The notes beneath the pieces were generated by a model. That model saw nothing but the letters and a program-made list of their open reading frames with translations, did not search any database and was not told the DNA's origin. A DNA stretch of 64,000 nucleotides, from positions 2,108,001 through 2,172,000 of the forward strand of contig JBHGNT010000017.1 of NCBI GenBank assembly GCA_043228905.1. The letters run 5' to 3'. The stretch's first letter is position 1, and the number at the start of each line of letters is the position of its first letter. Of the stretch, positions 1 through 12,768 are shown one piece after another. The DNA is from Azolla caroliniana. Taxonomy: Eukaryota; Plantae; Polypodiophyta. The translations under genes and the position numbers were made by a program.

Positions 1-1755
1 GTATTGGGCAATGCTTTAGTTTTCAAATTTAATAGTGAATCTTGTTATGCATTTCTCTCTTCTTAAAATTGGGAAACAAATGTAATAGTGACTCATTGTT
101 ATGCATTTCCACAAGTTTCTAGGTTGCTTTTGGATGACCATGCATTTTATTGCCATTTAAAATTTAAACAATTTGTGTTGATGTTTTTCTGGATCTATTA
201 AACATCCTTTAGTTTTGTCTAATTTTGTCTTGTCGGTCATAATATAGGCGTGCCATGGCAAAGAAGGATGGGTGGAGAAGATTACTTGTGTTCGAAATGG
301 AAATACATAGTCATACATGGAGTTTGTTTTGCCTACTTTCATTACTTGCATTGTTCTATTTTGACTTTAGTTTTTTATGTGTCCATCTTGCTTATTCTAA
401 TTATTCTAGTGTTTTATAACATAAAGTTGTTCACTTTGAAGTATGGACTGGCTTGATTAGGATTTGCTCTTCCCAAATCTTTTGTGTTACTTGAGGTGCA
501 CAAGAAGTATTTGACACCGGTATGGTTATCCAAATTTAGACTGTGGAGCCTATTTACTCTTGGTAATTTCGAGAGGTTTAAACTTTAGAGTGCCTCTTCC
601 TCAAAGGAGAGGGGGAGTATAGAGTATAGAGTGACTCTACAACTACATTGTGGGCATGCCTTTTTCATAACATATAACACACGTCTTTACGTAATTTGCT
701 TTCTTATGTTGGTCGTTCATTGAACTATTCTCTACTTCTTCATATTTAACGCATAAAGAATGTGGGATATGCTTGGAAATTTTTGTAGGATTAATAGGAG
801 ATGTAGAACAAAACCAAAATCTAGAGCTTGGAGCCTTATTTGGTCATTGAATTGATTGTAAGAAGTGTGAAATCGAAGGTGTTTACGACATGGATAAACG
901 TATCCACGAGACCATATGGCAACTATCAAGTGATGACGTCTCGTGTGGAGCCCATATGAGGATGTATTTGTGCAATGCTTTCAAAGCATGATGGTGCGGT
1001 CACAACATTGGGCACTTAGGTAAGAAATGGCCAACTTTACTTTGAGAAGTTATTTTTGTAGCCTCAAGAGGAACACTCAAATCGAGACATGCTACGATTG
1101 AATATAGATTCCACATGCTCTACTACATGGGATAGACGAATGTGTAAAAAAGAATTGCTCGTAGAACTTGAGGTATGTTGAAGGTGTATTCGACATGATG
1201 GGGAACATCTAGAGACGCCTGATCCAAGGAAGTAGATGAACATAAGCAAAGATTGAAGGGGGTGGAAAGCAATGTCTGGAAGATATCGCGCTTTGAGTTC
1301 CCTAAATCCATTAGAATTTTATCGGCGGTATTGAAATTGGACGACATTGATTAGAAGGTGAATAAATCCACCATGATGATGGGCATGTAACTCTGTGGGT
1401 CTACAAAGGAGAGAGGTCTGCACAAGGGAGAGAGAGCGTGTTAGATAACGATGCATCGGGCACATAGTGAGGACATAATCGCAAGATTGGTGGCTTCAAC
1501 GACTACTCTTTCTCGGAAATGATAACAAGATTAGTTGAGTATTCCTTCAATTGGTTTTGAGAACTTAGCACCAAGAATGTGTCCACAAAGTTGAGAGGAT
1601 GATGAAAATACACGCACTACATTCATTCATTCATTCACTTTAGTTAAGAAGAATAAGAAGAATAAGAAGAAGAGAGGCAAACTACTGCCGTTATACACGT
1701 TAACTGGCGGCCACGGCTGGTGCTGCTCTGCCTGGAAATCTCTCTACAACCGCTA

Positions 1756-3273
1756 ATGTTCGTTCCTGACAACCATGACATCTCATCGTCAGGTACTTCT
1801 CAGATCGTTCATGCCGGAACTGTTGGCTTCCTGATCCCCCTGTTTCATCCTTACCTTTCCTATTTCTTATTTTTTGTTTCCCTGCAGGAGCTCATGACGA
1901 TGAGCCGCCTCCCTTGGAAGACATGTCAGAATATATAACGACCAAGTTTCGTTCCGACCACAATCCTCCTCCTTCTCCTCCTCTTCTGAAGCCACCACCG
2001 AGGAAGACGGTAGATGCAGTCACATTAAGGCAGCAGCCAGATGCCAAGCTGCTTGCGGAACCATTCAAGAAAGGTTTCTTGAATTCCAAGCACACTGGGA
2101 AGACGAATCTGCAAAAACGGAGAAATGATGGTCACAAATCAGCAACCCCATCGGATGATATGCCCCTCTTGAAGGCCAAAGATCCACGAGCAGCCAACAT
2201 TCCTGGTGCGTTTTGTTTTTTTAACCTTGGGAGCGATTGCATTGGAGAAAACTTGTTATATGTTGTAATGCTATCATCCTGTATATTAACAAAGAGCAGG
2301 CTTGAGCAGCAGTTGAAACGATTTTGAAACCTGTTGTTTCAACATGATGTAGACGATTTATATCCCACCAGATTCTGGGTAAATATTGTCAGAGACACGC
2401 AACTACATGCCATTAACCTCAGGGTTTTGAAAATTATCCATCCACATGGTAGAGCATATAGTGCTTACTGACCTCAGAGATATCATGACACTTCATCAAG
2501 CATGTCGAGTTTGTGTTGTCATCCTTGATGATCATGACCATTGAATCGGTTTCATTTCTTTCTGGATTCATGTCGTTTTGAAAAGACAGCCAGTAGGCCT
2601 TGCCATGCTACCTACATTATATACTACAACCTACAGTTCAAGCAATTGATAGACATACACATTTCCTGAGTTGGAACTTGGGATGAATCTCCCTTGTTTT
2701 TCCTTCCATAGCTTGTCATTCTATTCTCTCTATTGCCATGGTTTTCACTTTATCAGCCATGGTTTCACAAACTTAACATAGAACGTGCAATCCTTTTTTA
2801 TTTTCTTCCAACCATCTTAATTCTACAGATATTTTTAAAGTTGAGCTTGAAGACTCTCCACGGGATGTGCTAAGGAAGGAGTTAACTGGTAAGTTTTTTT
2901 AAGATGTTTGTTTTTTGTGCATGGGAAAATTATGTGTTTATCCTGCAATCTCAACGTGTGGGTTGGGAAGGGATTTCCTGATATTTGGTTAAGGGTTTTG
3001 AAATATATTAAGAGAGATTAAAAAGATTATACTATATATTTTGCAGACATGTTAGAACCAACAAAAGATATTGTAAAGGAAGTTATGGACAATGAGATCA
3101 TTAAAACAGGCTTAGGCGACCCAGAGATTTTGTTTGCTGTTCAAGAGATAGCTGGAGATCCAGACGCAATACAAAGGCATAGGCATAATCCTAAAGTTGT
3201 GAATTTCTACTCGCAATTAGGCAAGCTCATGGGCAGCAAACTACAATTACGAGAGAACGAGGGAAAACAATGA
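1756..3273 (+). CDS. Uncharacterised protein with C-terminal STI1/HOP-DP-like helical domain; exons 1756-1792, 1888-2205, 2829-2888, 3047-3273
   Basis: All three introns are GT..AG and phase 1, joining into one open frame (MFVPDNHDISSSGAHDDEPPPLEDMS...IPDIFKVELED...ELTDMLEPTK...GLGDPEILFAVQEIAGDPDAIQRHRHNPKVVNFYSQLGKLM). The C-terminal DP..DP..NP pattern resembles STI1 repeats. Confidence 0.75.
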
Positions 3274-3318
3274 AATTAAATTACCAATCAAGACAGACTG
3301 CTATAGTAGAGAAACATA

Positions 3319-3650
3319 TATTTCATGATTCATATGGAATGGGAATTCACAAGATCAGTGGCAATATGGAGTTGTTCCATGTTGGAATGATGTTTCATGG
3401 CTGTGCAAACAAGGAAATTTACACCAGAGTTAGCTCCAACACGTGAAGATTTACATGGAATCTTTGCTTAAAGATGATTTGCTATTTCATGATTCATATG
3501 GAATGGGAATTCACATGATCAGTGGCAATATGGAGTTGTTCCATGTTGGAATGATGTTTCATGGCTGTGAAAACAAGGAAATTTATACCAGAGTTAGGTC
3601 CAACACGTGAAGATTTACATGGAATCTTTGCTTAAAGATGATGTGCTATT
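3319..3650. repeat. Tandem duplication, 2 x 164 bp, just downstream of the stop codon
   Basis: tttcatgattcatatggaatggg starts at 3321 and again at 3485; the copies differ at only a few positions. Confidence 0.9.
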
Positions 3651-5478
3651 CTATCTCTCTTATTTTATAAGCAAACCCATTGTATCCATGAATATATCCC
3701 ACTTGTGATCCAAGCTTTCATTGGGTTTTTGCCATTTTCTATTAGATATGATAGTGGCTATGTCTTCAAAAAGGTATATAATTATGCATAGGGCTCAATG
3801 CAATAATGATCATTATATATAAATTCCTGGAAATCATATTGAAATATCATGGTTTAACTTAGGATCAGATCAACAAGTTGTGGACATAAAACACAAATAT
3901 GGATCATTAATTATAAAAAAATCATGAAGTAATATTAGGGTGCCATAAAGATGTGTGAAAGACTAAAGTCAAGCTTTGAGCCCCATGCCTTGTGTTGTTG
4001 AGAGTCTAATAACTTGGTTAGCATGTATACCTCTTGGTTCAATTTTAGTGGATCGTCCCAAGTGACTTAAAAGGTATTGAGTATACATAGAGAAAAATGG
4101 AAAAGAGAAGTGAATTAAATAATTCAAAACACTTGATGGGAGAGAAGTGAAAAAGAAATGTACAAATTAGACATGAATGAATAAAGTAGCCGATATTGTC
4201 GCAACTTAACTTAAAATGTATCGAGTGAGCCTAGATAAATAGATAGATAGATTGTCGAGATTGTTGTAACTTAACTTAAAATGTATTCAGTGAGCCTCGA
4301 TAGATAGATAGATTGTAACTTTGGAGGTCTAATATGACTTTTGAGACCACAAATATTACATTTTCATGTAATACATATGAAAGTAAATAGCAACTCTTGA
4401 TGTTCAATAACTTTATTGATGAATCTTGTAATAGAAAGTGCACACTATGTCTATGAGAAGAAGTTGTGGAACGATTGGGTTTGGTCGAAAATGTGTGGAA
4501 AGCATAGTTGAATCATCTTGAATGTGATCAAAGGTACAAAATTGTATTAAAGTGTGAAACTTGGACTCCTAAACTTGTGTCGTGCAAAGTGTGCATCATC
4601 AACTACTCTCATTGGTTGTGCCCTTGCACCCTGTCTCACATCGTAGAGTGTGTGTGAGTTAAGTCTCATGGAAGTGATGGTTTTGATGGCCGAGAGTGGG
4701 ATGAATTAACATGTATGGAGGTGTGTGGTTTCCCCATTCAACAAAGAATATGGTTTTGTGGTTAGGTGCAACATATATCATATAATGTGTGAAACATGAA
4801 CCTTCACATTCTCCCATCTCATGATACATTAGCATTGCAAAAATGCCTCATTTACAAAGAAATTTAGTGATGCATCGTGAAGCAAGTATGTTGCATCCCA
4901 TCTTTGAAACCATTTTTCTATGTCTTGCATTCAACTAAGAACACAAAAATTAGTTTTTATGTATCTTTTGGATATTTTTGCTTGCTTTCCATGCAATCCT
5001 AGGAAGTCGATGCGAAAGACTTGTTTGTTTCTTAACTTGGAGAAACTTTGTAACAAATGCTTTTGGACACTTTCAAATTCTTTGTGGATTTAGGGAAAGG
5101 TACAACCCCATATTTCTACATCAAAGTGTCAAATAGGTAATCTTGAGAACCCAACCTTAATTTCTCTATGATTGCATGTTTTCTCAAATGCATAATATAC
5201 TCCATTTCTCGCCTCTAAGCAATGGGTAGCACATCCATTTCACGTATGACTTGAAGGAACTTCAAGGCCAAGATATTTGAAACTTTCCACAATTTCAAGT
5301 GGCTCGTTAATATACATAAATGGTTTATCTTCTTTTTTCATTTTTCCCGAGTATAATATTTGTTTTAGAGTTGTTTACATTGGACTTATTGTGCACACAA
5401 AAAATTTCCTAATCCCTCATAAGCTTTTGTTCATCTCGTAAAGTATTTGCAAAAAACACTACATCATCTACATACAAC

Positions 5479-5720
5479 TCAAGCATGAGGCATCATAACA
5501 AAAGCTTTCTTGAATTCCATAAAGCAACAATATAAAATGTTACCTTTCAAACGACTTTCTTCCATTAATACTTGAAGGGGGACAAGGTGATCAATTATGC
5601 TATCGTGTTTTCGAAAGACAGCTTGTCCATGAACTCTTTTACCATTTTTTTGAGCCCATGCCCTTACCTTTAATTCCATTATATATTTTAAATAATGTTG
5701 CCATTAGGGAGCTGACCATG
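5479..5720 (-). mobile_element. Degenerate LINE reverse-transcriptase fragment
   Basis: ORF 5479-5679 contains QAVFRKHDSIIDHL...LYCCFMEFKKAF, matching the LINE RT QxGFR / FvDFxKAFD motifs. Confidence 0.75.
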
Positions 5721-6945
5721 ATTGTTGGATAGTTTTGGCACGACAACGGATATATGTGATAAGAAAGAAGCAATGACGAACTCCTGTCATGCAACTACGA
5801 TGTTCTATTGAAAGACCGACTGCTTCTTCTTCTTTTTGTTTTGTAAATAAGAAAAATACAACTCTTACATGCGTTGGTGATTGATGCTCAATTATACCTT
5901 CTTATACAATCTGGTGTTTGTAGCTTGTGAATATTTCTGTAATCTCAAATTGGTAAAGGTAAACAACTCTCACTTGGTCATTTTTTCATGCTCGTGATTC
6001 TTTCTCTTGCTCACGAGTCCAATAGTACAAGGTTATATTATATTGTATACACATTGTATTATTGCGTGTATTTTTCTATATGCACGTACCATATATGCAT
6101 CAATGTATCCTCGTTTCATTTATACGTACACATATTTATGTAAGCATACACATAATGCAAGTTGAGTAGGGGTTGTATATGGAATCAAGATGTATGAGTG
6201 TGTGTGATGCATACACATATGGCCTAAAGCATATGTAGAGCTTTCTTGTAGTCCTATTTCCTGAATTTAGATGTTTTTGACCAAAGTATTTATATTCTTC
6301 GTCTTGCACAAATGTTGGAGTAAGTTTATAATACGTGAGAAATAGTTAGAATCTTATCAATAACTGCACGAAAATTACATATTTTTTCTTTTAGACCTAA
6401 GGATAATATGATTAAGTTTAGCGTTCTTAGTATTTCACTCTTACAAATTTCTTCTTTTGCTGGTAGAGGCTTGTATTTCATAAAATTGGTTTGTTACCAC
6501 TCATCCCTTATTGCAAATTATATAATTGCTATGATTTTATATATCGATGATACTTTGGTTCTGCTTGAGCATGTATATATATTTTTTGTATGATCTGTAT
6601 GATTCTTTGGTTCTGCTTGAGCATGTATATTTATTCTTTGTTGCAGTTTTGTAAATAACCTTTTTTATATCATTAGATCCTTTAAGTTCTTCCATACTTT
6701 ATACTTATATAAGTATCTGTGACTTCAACACTTAACTTCAACACTTGTCACTAGACATTCCACTTATTTTGAGCACCCACATGAAGTTTTAAACAATATC
6801 CTCTACAATGAAATGAACATTATTATATTGGTGTACGTGAAGGGTTGTTGGTAGCATACATATTCCATATCTGGCTAGGGCAGTGCTCGTGCATAGTATG
6901 CCCTAGTTTGTTACTGGGAATCTGAAAGCAGAGATAGATCCAGGT

Positions 6946-9900
6946 ATGGCATCCTCCTGTTTGACATTGCAGCTTCCATCAACAGGCCTTCAAGCAGGTC
7001 TGGGTCACATGCCAGCATTTTGGAAAAAAAATGGTGGCCTCTCTCAGAGATCCTCCTATTCTGTACCTTGTAGACTGCATGCAGCCACTTCTGTATCAGC
7101 TTCTTCTGTTATATCTGTGACTTCAATACCTCAGGTTCAAGCAATTTATGTTTACGGATTTTATCTCTGGATTTCGGAGCTTCCCTAATGTGGGCTTCTG
7201 AATGTTAGGGGACTTCAGGTTCTAGAATCACTGATCAACAAAATAAATTTGAGTGAATCAGAAATTGAGCTTGTCATGGAAAGTCTGTTGAGCTCTGGTG
7301 ATGTGGCTCAAATCAGTGGTTTCCTTCTCCTGCTCAGAGCAAAAGGCGAATCGTTTGAAGAGGTGAGTGTGACATAGCACTATAAGCTCATTTATGTGGT
7401 GCAAAATTCAAAGGCTTACCAGAATTTCGTTTTTGCTTTGTTTTATATATAGATCAGTGGGCTTGCTCGAGCTATGATAAGTCGATGTGTACCTGTCAAA
7501 GGTATAACCGATGCCTTTGACATTGCTGGTACTGGAGGTGATGGTGCAAATACTGTCAATATTTCAACAGCTGCTTGTATTCTTGCTGCTGCAAGCGGCG
7601 CAAAAGTAGCCAAGGTACGGTGTATTACTTGCATAGGCTTTCCTTTTCTGGGAAGGAATACCTGCATTGTTGTAAAAGATATGTATAAACAACTGTAGAA
7701 AGCATGATGTGTGTTTCTATGCCTCTGATATGTCTGAAAGGAGTGTATGGACATAAAAACTCTTTATTGGACTAGTGCAAAATGAGTATTGGAGTAGCCA
7801 AGGAGGTGGATATTCTGTAAAGGCCACTTGGGAAGAGAACGGCGGCACCCTCATACCAAGTTAGAACTTCGCCTCTTCTTTCTTGTTTGTATGGATCATA
7901 GTCAGGAGGCATTAAGATTTCGTTTGTATTTGTTTCCTATGGAGGGTGTGGCCTTGGATAGTTTTATTAATATTACTTGATGGATCTTTTACTAGAAAAA
8001 ATTGTTCTTGGCGTAAACATCCATCTTTAGTCAAGTCTGGATGAACGCGGACTTCAGGGTATTTTAACCACTATACTGAAAGAAGTGCAAGCTTGGAATT
8101 TATGAGGATGTCTTGAATTAGGGGGATCCTTGCAAAGTTAGGAGTCTTAAAACCATTGTGCTGCAGTATCACTACTGCGAAATGCTGGAGAGTCATTCCT
8201 TTGCCTGAAATTTCTGTTTAGAATCGGTAATATCCTTTCAATATTCTTGAAAAGGTTGCACTGGAACACTGGTAGTGCTGTTAAATGTTATATGGTTGAT
8301 CAAGCCATTTTGCATCGTGGCATCATTGGTCTTGCCCATGCATATAGGTCGTATGCATAATTGAATGAACCAGCTGTTTCTAGCTGACAAAAATGGGATA
8401 TATGAAATGTGAAATTTGTTTGCACATTTATTTTTGCATCTGTTCCCACACATTTATTCATCCCCTGGTAAATGCTGTAATACATGGATTCACTCTCCTT
8501 ACCTGACACGTGTGCATGCATGTTAGATCCAGAATCAAGATCCAACATAATGCACACCAAAAACAGGCATCCAAATTTATTTGCCTCATTCATCAGTAAA
8601 TATTGTTGTGAACAACCTGAAAACAATTATCAAGTTGGACAGTAACCAGTTCTGAAAATATGTTATTGCTTGCAAATTCACCGACATCTACAACTCTAGG
8701 GCACAACCAATGCATGTTTACATGTCAGATCCTAGCAAGAGTATGTGGCTGTCAACTCCAACTTGATGAATGAGGTACAAATGTAGCCAACCATATTTGA
8801 TTCCCAAGTCTTATATAGCTGATATGATGATGTGTAGATTTGGCAAATCATACTCATTGTCATTTGTCAACAACGTGAGAATATGCTTTCTATTCATTTT
8901 TTCATCCCCAAGAACACAATGCCTTTTACTTATCTTCAGTGTGTCCAACCTAATGATCTTTTCCTTGATCACTTTATTCCATTCATAGGTAGTAGCTAAA
9001 TTGCGAACTTCCATATTGTATTGGAAGTATGGTAATGCCTGAGTGCCAAGCCTGTGACAATTCAATTGTGTAGTCAGTTATGAAGTATCAAATTCCTTGA
9101 AATCCCTTAGTTTGTAACTGTTTGTGAGTACCACAATCTTGCAACTCACTTGGCTGAGGCTCTCAATTTTTCGTGAACTTGGGACTCAGCAACTAACCAT
9201 GAGGATTCATAGGCAAGTCTATTGTATGGGTCAAGAGTCTGTAAATAGGAGTCACATCTCACGAAAGATTTTGAAAATGAGATGCTTTCTTCATGATGGC
9301 CATTTGGTTTAATAGAGCATTGCAATGTTGAAGGCTTTTGTTCAAGCCATTCTAGATACAAAATGCTGACATTATTGCAAAGCTTCTAGAAATTTCTAAC
9401 ATCCTTAGTGTCACAAAGCTTAGCCTTGAAGGTAAGCACCGTTTACTCATAGTAGTATGTGTCCCATGGTTTGTCACAGATGTTAGGCAACATGTTACCA
9501 TGAAGAAAGCTCCGGTTACTATTGGTGCTTCTTGAAGCTCAGATCAGATCAGCTGCGACAGTGGTGCATGGAAAATCTCCTCATTGACAGTTGGCCAGTC
9601 CATTTGTTTCCATCCATTGCAGTACTTGCCATGATTGTCTTCTCTACAGTCATTTCTATGATCTTTGGATTACTATCATCCCTGAGAGGTCAGACTTAAA
9701 TATCAACCTAGGACCCATATTTATATTATAAACAAGTCAAGCTTCATTTTGGTTCCTGGAAATAGAAGTGGCAATGCATTTTCTTTGAGTCTTTTCAGAA
9801 GAATAATAGTAACTCATTAATTTCTTCCCCTTTTCTCTTTCTCCTGTGCTTTCTTCCTATGAAGTCTTCTATGGGCTTGCATGTAACATCATAAAACTGT

Positions 9901-12768
9901 ACAATGTAATCTCAGTTCCACTAACAGGTCTTGATCTTGTAAAACTATTGTGCATTAAGGTGGAGTTTATGAGAAAAGCTGTTAATAGCAGCAGCGGAAC
10001 AGTTGTTAGAACCTCCTCTATAGGTTGGGAGGGTGGCTGCTAAGAGAACCTCCTCTATAGGGTTGGGAGGGAGGGATAAAAGAAGATAGGTCCGTGTGCT
10101 CTTTGGCAAAAAGAATCAGGCTGAGGACATGGAGACCTCACTCCTCTGATACCATATGAGAAAAGCTGTTAATAACAGCAGCGGAACAGTTGTTAGAACA
10201 AAATAGACACAGCCAAGCTGTGAGAAGGCTGTTAGACAGCATTAGAAAAAATGGTTGCAAAGAGTAGAGACACAGCCAAAGAGTAGAGCTTGTTTATAAG
10301 TAGCAACAAAAGTAAAAGTATTTACAAAAGAGGTTGGTAAAGCCCATTTATACAAAATTGGGAAAAGTGGGTGAAATTGTTGTTTGGTAGTTAAGTGACT
10401 TTTGTACTACCAAACAGGTGCAATAAACTAGGAATAAGAGGGAATATCTTGGAAAAAGTGGAAGAGAGAAAGCATTTAAAGCGTTGCAAATTCTAGAGAG
10501 AGAAGGCATTTAAAGAGTTGCAGATTCTAGAGAGAGAAGAATTTGGGAAGAGAGAGAATGTAGTACAGAGATAATAAAAGATGAAAGAGAGTGCAGGTCT
10601 GGAGCTGCCACCCTCCAACAGAGTTGTGTTGGGGCCCCTTAAACCCTTGGCTTTTGTAATGATAGATGTGAACCTGATCATCATACACAAATATCGGTCT
10701 ATCAATCATTGCAGTAGTGCACTATAATCTGCACTCTTAGCATGCACTTGGCTTTGTGACAGTTTAGAAACCTTAACTAGTGTCATTGATCAATATGATC
10801 ACATTTGAGATTCAAATTTCAACAGATCAGCCAACCCTCATTACATCTTACATTTATATTGGCATTTTATAATGTTATTGCTGTACCACTTTTTCATTAG
10901 CTATTTTATCAAGTCTCATTATGTCTTACACTTATACACATATTTTATAGTGTTATTGCTATAGGGCTCTTACTGAATATTCCCTTATTTTTGGAGGCAC
11001 TTTGTAACACTTAAATTTACCCATCAGCTTCTTTGCATCTCTTAAATTAAATTCAGCTCCTTTTGCTCTTACTTTGGACATTTGCAATTGTTTTTGCATA
11101 TAAATCTACAGCATGGCAACAGATCCAGCTCTTCAAGTTGTGGGAGTGCAGATGTTCTAGAGGCCATGGGAGTTGCCATTGATCTGGGACCAAAGGTACC
11201 TACACTAAAGTATATGATTGGTTACCAAAGGTACATTGCATCAGCAGGGAATAACTACACAATTCTGTTTTAAGTAGGGGGTTGCTAGATGCGTGAATGA
11301 GGTTGGAATTGGATTTATGATGGCACCTGAATTTCATCCAGCAATGAAGGTGGTTGCACCAGTGCGACGTTCATTAAAAGTAAAGACTGTATTCAACATT
11401 TTGGGCCCTATGCTTAATCCAGCTCGTGTACCATATGCTGTTGTTGGTGTCTACCATGAAAACCTTGTGAGTTTATCTTTATTGGCATGAAAACCTTGTG
11501 AGTTATCTTTATTGGCATGAAAACCTTGTGAGTTTATCTTTAATTGGCATGAAAACCATGTGAGTGCAGTCCATCTGATACATGAGATGGGTGACTAATA
11601 AGTTGTGACACTTTCATATGAAGGTCAGAAAGATGGCCATGGCTCTTCAAAAATTTGGGCTCCGAAAGGCCATTGTTGTACATTCAGAAGGCTTGGATGA
11701 AATTAGTCCACTTGGTAGGTTCTATATCACTCATATGCTCATTATGCCACTAGAGTTCCCCTTGCTTGTATGCTTGTTGAGGAATAATGTACCCTTTCAA
11801 GTGAACAGAATGTGGGGTTATCCTCCGAATAATATCAATCATTTGCTTTTTTCAGGTTCTGGTTACATCTTAGAGGTTACTCCAGATAAAATTGTTGAGC
11901 AAAAAATAGATCCATGTAAGGTTTATAACTTTCTTCTTTTACCATTGTTTCTTTTTAAGCAGTCTCGCCATTACTTTGATTGAAATATTTCCTTCATAGT
12001 GCTATCAAATTCTCGGAGCAGTGCTATCATAGGATGACGAATAATTAATTATTTCAGCCTCCATGTTGGCACTTTTCAATGATTTCATTTAAGCATTGGA
12101 CCTTGATTTTCTTTTAAAAGCATATTGGTGATATGAATAATGGAAAGACTATGAATATCCAGACCATTCAAATGTCTTATAATCCAGAAACCTTGAAATT
12201 TTGAATTGAATTTCTACTTTTGTGTAGATAGGGTAGGCTTTTGTATTCACCAGGTTTGTCAGTTAAAAATGTTAGTCATTCTGAAATCACAATGCATTTT
12301 GAAATTCAACCTTGATCTTTTCACGTTATATTTCTAGTGGACTATCAGATACCACGATGTACACTAAAAGACCTGCAAGGGGGTGATTCAAAATATAATT
12401 CGACGGTTCTCCGTTCTGTTCTCGGTGGGAAGAAAGGACCCATTGCAGATGCATTGGTAGGCTTTTTATCAAATGATATCTTGCCTTCATTGTGGGCAGT
12501 TTTTTGAAAGCTCGATTGATTTGCAGATTCTGAATGCAGCAGCTGGGCTTTTGGCTTCTGACCGAGTGAAGAATTTAGCTCAAGGAGTGAGCATAGCTAG
12601 GGAGGCTCATCGTTCTGGGAAAGCTTTGGAAGTTCTTGATGCATGGGTCTCTCTTTCTCAGGTAATTTTATTTCCTTGTTAACAAGCTTTGAAAATAAAA
12701 GTAGGATAGCTCATGCAAAGGATTTGATGTGGCAGATGTTGAAGGCAGAAGAAATGAACACAACTTAG
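6946..12768 (+). CDS. PAT1: Anthranilate phosphoribosyltransferase, plastid (TrpD). Exons 6946-7134, 7219-7362, 7453-7614, 11112-11195, 11278-11466, 11624-11714, 11856-11915, 12338-12456, 12527-12661, 12736-12768; 401 aa
   Basis: Motifs [72 protein letters not shown]. All introns are GT-AG with consistent phases; the Ser-rich N-terminus resembles a transit peptide. Confidence 0.95.
9970..10683 (-). mobile_element. LTR-retrotransposon remnant (LTR ~10157-10683 plus PBS) in PAT1 intron 3
   Basis: ctctgatacca at 10144-10154 is a reverse tRNA-iMet PBS, adjacent to a TG..CA-bounded segment. The first ~45 bp of that segment recur at 9970. No TSD found. Confidence 0.5.
11455..11565 (+). repeat. Tandem array (30-32 bp unit, ~3.5 copies) spanning the PAT1 exon 5 / intron 5 junction
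   Basis: catgaaaacc(t/a)tgtgagt starts at 11455, 11486, 11516 and 11548. Confidence 0.95.
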
